This document shows positions 60,779-64,000 of a stretch of 64,000 nucleotides of DNA, in pieces. Source of the DNA: an uncultured Lachnospiraceae bacterium (lineage in GTDB: Bacteria; Bacillota; Clostridia; Lachnospirales; Lachnospiraceae); assembly GCA_902777355.1 (NCBI GenBank), contig CACYTU010000009.1, positions 26,101 through 90,100 on the forward strand, in the 5' to 3' direction. The translations under genes were made by a program, and so were the position numbers. The notes below the pieces were generated by a model that saw only the letters and a list, made by a program, of their open reading frames with translations, was not told where the DNA came from and searched no databases. Positions within the stretch are counted from its first letter, which is position 1. The number at the start of each line of letters is the position of its first letter.

Positions 60779-61014
60779 CGTTATGAAGTAAAACAGTGGC
60801 AGACCCTTAGGGGCGTGATATATACTCTACACTATTTATTTACACTATATGTTACCAATAATAAAATGAAAATATTCCATGACTTTTTGTTATGTAACAG
60901 AATGTTTGATTTTAAAAGGCTTAACTGGTAATTTACAAGAAATCGTTAGCGATAGTCTATTCCGGCGCGAAGCAACTGGCCACTGCTCCAAGCCGGAGGA
61001 AAGGAGCAACAGTA

Positions 61015-62046
61015 ATGCGTGTTAACGGTCTTACGCTCACATACGAGGGCGGAATCAATACCGTGATGGGCTACACAGACAGCAGTTACCCGGTTGGCGA
61101 TCTCCTTTGTCGGATATTCCAAGGGGAAACATTGTACGACATCAGTAGGATTGTTCGGAACTGCATAGGAATGTGTCCCATGCGGGATAATCAGTTGACG
61201 CAGGATGAAATCGAGGAAGCTGAAAGGTATATTTTGGCAACGCTTCTCTACAACGATTTTTTCCCAGCTCAGCGGCTTGCCCAAGGCAGCTTTATCCGCT
61301 GTATGGAGGAATATCGCGCATTAGACAGCGCGACTGCTACTAGTCTCCTTTCGCAGGAAAGACAGCGGACTGCGAACTTTGACTGGCTTTTTGATGACAT
61401 CGGCTTCGGTACAGTTGGTGAGTTCCTTCGGCTCTGTTACAACAACTACATCATTGATTTGAGAAATGGCATTGATCTCTTCTCTGCCACGTCTGCTGTC
61501 TGGTCAGGCACGGCTACTGAAGAGGAACAGGCTTTTTACGATGAGCTTTGCGCCGCCTTGTATGATAATAGCGTTGTTCCAGGAACTGTCATGCAGACAT
61601 CCTATGATGCAATCAACGGCATTTTCGAATATAGATTTGTCATCAGCAGTTTCCTTTCCATGGTCGTGTTCGAGTTTTCACATATGGCAGAATCAGCCAC
61701 AAAGATAATGCGCTGCCAGAATCCTGAGTGCCGAAGATTTTTCACCGCTAGAAGGTCATCGGCGAAATACTGTGGCTTTCCTGCTCCGCAATGCCCGGGA
61801 CGGATGTGCAACGACTACTACCCGCAACTCGTCTACCGCGAGAGAGTTCGTGCAAGTGAACTTGATCGTCTTATTAAAAATGCCAAGGGGCGTCTATATA
61901 ACACACGGCGTAGACACCATGATCAGGCGAGTAACATTAACAAAATACTGAGCGATCTGACAATATACGCTCCAAATAAGAAAGGCCAAGTACTGGACGG
62001 CACTATGACCATGACGGAATTCCGCGAATGGTTAGATTCGCATTGA
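61015..62046 (+). CDS. DUF6076-like protein with C-terminal CGNR-type zinc finger
   Basis: IMRCQNPECRRFF..RRSSAKYCGFPAPQCPGRMC; AAGGAG RBS. Confidence 0.7.
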   Translation: MRVNGLTLTYEGGINTVMGYTDSSYPVGDLLCRIFQGETLYDISRIVRNCIGMCPMRDNQLTQDEIEEAERYILATLLYNDFFPAQRLAQGSFIRCMEEYRALDSATATSLLSQERQRTANFDWLFDDIGFGTVGEFLRLCYNNYIIDLRNGIDLFSATSAVWSGTATEEEQAFYDELCAALYDNSVVPGTVMQTSYDAINGIFEYRFVISSFLSMVVFEFSHMAESATKIMRCQNPECRRFFTARRSSAKYCGFPAPQCPGRMCNDYYPQLVYRERVRASELDRLIKNAKGRLYNTRRRHHDQASNINKILSDLTIYAPNKKGQVLDGTMTMTEFREWLDSH

Positions 62047-62061
62047 TAAGGGAGAAAAAAC

Positions 62062-62532
62062 ATGACAGATAATATGGTGGTAAGAGAGAAAAAAACACTC
62101 GAAGTACAGCAACAGTCCCAGGTGCTCGACATAGGGTCGGATTGGCACTATCCGGCGTATGATGAGGTATGGACAGACAAGCTGGTGAATGAAGTTGTAG
62201 CGGCGGTGAAGGATGACCGCACGAATACCAAACGTTCTATCTCCGCTGACATAGCAGCTACGGCAAGGGTGCAGAACCAGAATGACAGGGTGATTGCCGC
62301 TTGTGAGAGGGAACTGCGGCGTCGTGACCTTTTGGATGAAAGGCGTGATGGACTGCTTGAATGCATGAACAAGGCTGCTGAATCGACGGCGTATGAAAGT
62401 GCCAGCAGCCGTAAATTCCAGCGTGAACAGCTGGATTACTCTCACAAGTTACCCTGGAAGATATTGCTGTTCTTAGCAGGACTTGCAGTCGGAGGCTTTG
62501 GTGGCGTTGTCTTATCCCGTGCCGCAGCATAA
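62062..62532 (+). CDS. hypothetical protein with C-terminal TM helix
   Basis: Coiled-coil body, LPWKILLFLAGLAVGGFGGVVL tail. Confidence 0.72.
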   Translation: MTDNMVVREKKTLEVQQQSQVLDIGSDWHYPAYDEVWTDKLVNEVVAAVKDDRTNTKRSISADIAATARVQNQNDRVIAACERELRRRDLLDERRDGLLECMNKAAESTAYESASSRKFQREQLDYSHKLPWKILLFLAGLAVGGFGGVVLSRAAA

Positions 62533-62624
62533 AAGACGTGTAGAATGTGCTAACCTGAATTGTAAGCGGGATGTGTTTTCCCTTACAGACTGAACCAAGA
62601 CGAACAAAGACTATTGCTGTGTAC

Positions 62625-62661
62625 AAGTCAGCTGCGCCGCTGGTAACGGCGCAGCTGACTT
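62625..62661. terminator. perfect 15-bp stem, probable terminator
   Basis: AAGTCAGCTGCGCCG / CGGCGCAGCTGACTT. Confidence 0.65.
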
Positions 62662-63115
62662 GGTGAATAGGCGGAAAACAGATCCAAGTGTTTAATTTAT
62701 ATGTTAAAGCCCAAGAATGATACGCCTTACTGACTATGTTTCAGAATACTTTGAATATACCACTTAAATAATATGTGGTCTTCCTGCCCCTGTCTCACAT
62801 AATTAAATCTGGGAGAATTGGTTCTGTAAGGTGTTACAAAAATGTTACACCTTTCCCTTTTCTTGATCTGAAGGCAATTTAAGACGTTCTGGTTCAGGAT
62901 TCTTGTAGAAAGCTCGCTTTTCCCTTTAGCTGTGCCATCCTAATTAAATCTCTGCAGCCTCACATAAATCAATAAACCGATTCCATTGGATAAGAGTGGG
63001 AAGAAATTGTACATTGAATGAATTAAGAAAGCAGGGAACTCTTCTTCCCCATTTTTTGATAACCTGAATTCAAAAACATCTTGAAATAGCACGCATTGCG
63101 TACTATTATATATCC

Positions 63116-63307
63116 ATGAACACACAAGACGAACTAATCAGACTAAAAGAAAAAACCGGGATGAACTGGAAAGCTTTTGCACAGTATTTTGATATCCCTT
63201 ATCGTACGATGCAGGACTGGTATTTGGGAAAGCGAAGCATGCCGGATTACCTTCTCCGATTGATGTCATATAAGATTGAAACAGAGAAATTACGTCGTCC
63301 GAGGTGA
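63116..63307 (+). CDS. small HTH transcriptional regulator (leaderless or short leader)
   Basis: LKEKTGMNWKAFAQYFDIPYRTMQDWYLGKRSMPDYL; upstream palindrome ATAGCACGCATTGCGTACTAT. Confidence 0.8.
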   Translation: MNTQDELIRLKEKTGMNWKAFAQYFDIPYRTMQDWYLGKRSMPDYLLRLMSYKIETEKLRRPR

Positions 63308-63327
63308 TACGATCCGAGGTGATACAC

Positions 63328-63957
63328 GTGGAAAAAATGTACGAGAGCCTTATGGAAGGTTTGTTGGTGGATCTTCAGGAGATTCAGTTATACGGAGGAC
63401 TCCAGGGAAGAAGGACAGATTATAGAACGCCCGGAGAACATCCTAAAAGAGCCATATGTATTTGAATTCACAGGACTTCCTCAGCTGCCGATCTATGAAG
63501 AGGGGGAGATTTGGAAGAAGCGCTGGTAAACAATCTGAGCTTGTTTTTTCTTGAACTCGGGAAAGGGTTCGCCTATATTGGCAGACAGCAAAAGATGGTT
63601 ATAGGCGGAAGAACCTATAAGGTCGACCTGGTGTTCTATCACAGAATATTGAAATGCTTTGTTTTGATTGATCTAAAGCGCGGAGAAGTTCTTCATGAAG
63701 ACATTGGTCAGATGAATTTCTATCTGAATTATTATCGGGAGGAGATGAATACGGAAGGGGATACAGAGCCGATCGGAATTGTCCTTGGCGCATATCAGGA
63801 CAAGCTGGTCATGCACTATGCCCTTCAGAATATCGCAAATCAGGTGTTTGTGAGCCATTACCAGTTATACCTGCCGAACAGGGAACAGTTGGAAGCAGAA
63901 TTTCGCCGTTTCATGGGGAATGAGGCTGAAAGAAAAGGAACGGGAGAGGAAAACTGA
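63328..63957 (+). pseudogene. YhcG/DUF1016 PD-(D/E)XK nuclease, internally deleted and frameshifted
   Basis: ILKEPYVFEFTGL (about 63440-63480) is out of frame with LEEALV..FFLELGKGFAYIGRQ..VDLVFYHRILKCFVLIDLK..GQMNFY; most of the N-terminal domain is missing. Confidence 0.82.
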
Positions 63958-64000
63958 TGCTGCCCCGCACCCTTGTGATGCTGTCCGGCGCTGGGTACAT

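Larger units (their letters stand above)
40300..64000. mobile_element. integrative mobilizable element/defence island at the 3' end of the second GMP-synthase gene; right end not identified
   Basis: XRE-xis-integrase-Rep-DnaC-MobC-relaxase backbone without T4SS genes, followed by defence cargo; TGGGTACA direct repeats at 40375-40393 next to the junction. Confidence 0.82.

Noticed and set aside
62825-62855. Right attachment site of the element (TGTTACA repeats in AGGTGTTACAAAAATGTTACACCT)
   Set aside because: Only loosely resembles the TGGGTACA repeats at the left junction; no copy of the GMP-synthase 3' end is adjacent and accessory genes continue beyond it.
1-64000. tRNA or rRNA genes; prophage structural genes
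   Set aside because: None recognised by eye; the cloverleaf-like element at 24044-24121 lacks tRNA T-loop and D-loop consensus.

Overview
Window from a moderately GC-rich anaerobic Firmicute, inferred to be Lachnospiraceae/Clostridia-like from gene content. Positions 1-40.3 kb are mostly housekeeping and metabolic genes: ispE, GntR, murI, a lipoprotein trigger-factor homolog, asnS, guaA, sod, two MgtC genes, WYL, the mannitol genes mtlR/mtlA/mtlD, a PPK2, fba, guaB, a THF riboswitch with folT, argC, larE and a second, ATPPase-only GMP synthase. This part also holds many short intergenic tandem repeats, a 158-bp MITE, and a small XRE-HicAB module bracketed by a duplicated guaA 3'-end element. 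From about 40.3 kb to the window end lies an integrative mobilizable element inserted at the 3' end of the second GMP-synthase gene (XRE, xis, tyrosine integrase, Rep, DnaC-like ATPase, MobC, relaxase). Its cargo is a complete four-gene restriction-like anti-phage system (DUF499, DUF3780, DUF1156 methylase, PLD-SNF2 helicase), followed by two uncharacterised AT-rich modules. The first is a pentapeptide-repeat gene whose last codons contain a near-consensus promoter pointing at a predicted structured RNA. The second is an operon encoding a papain-like cysteine peptidase and a Cys-rich partner. These two modules are the best candidates for undescribed systems. All assignments come from motif reading; no database searches were run.
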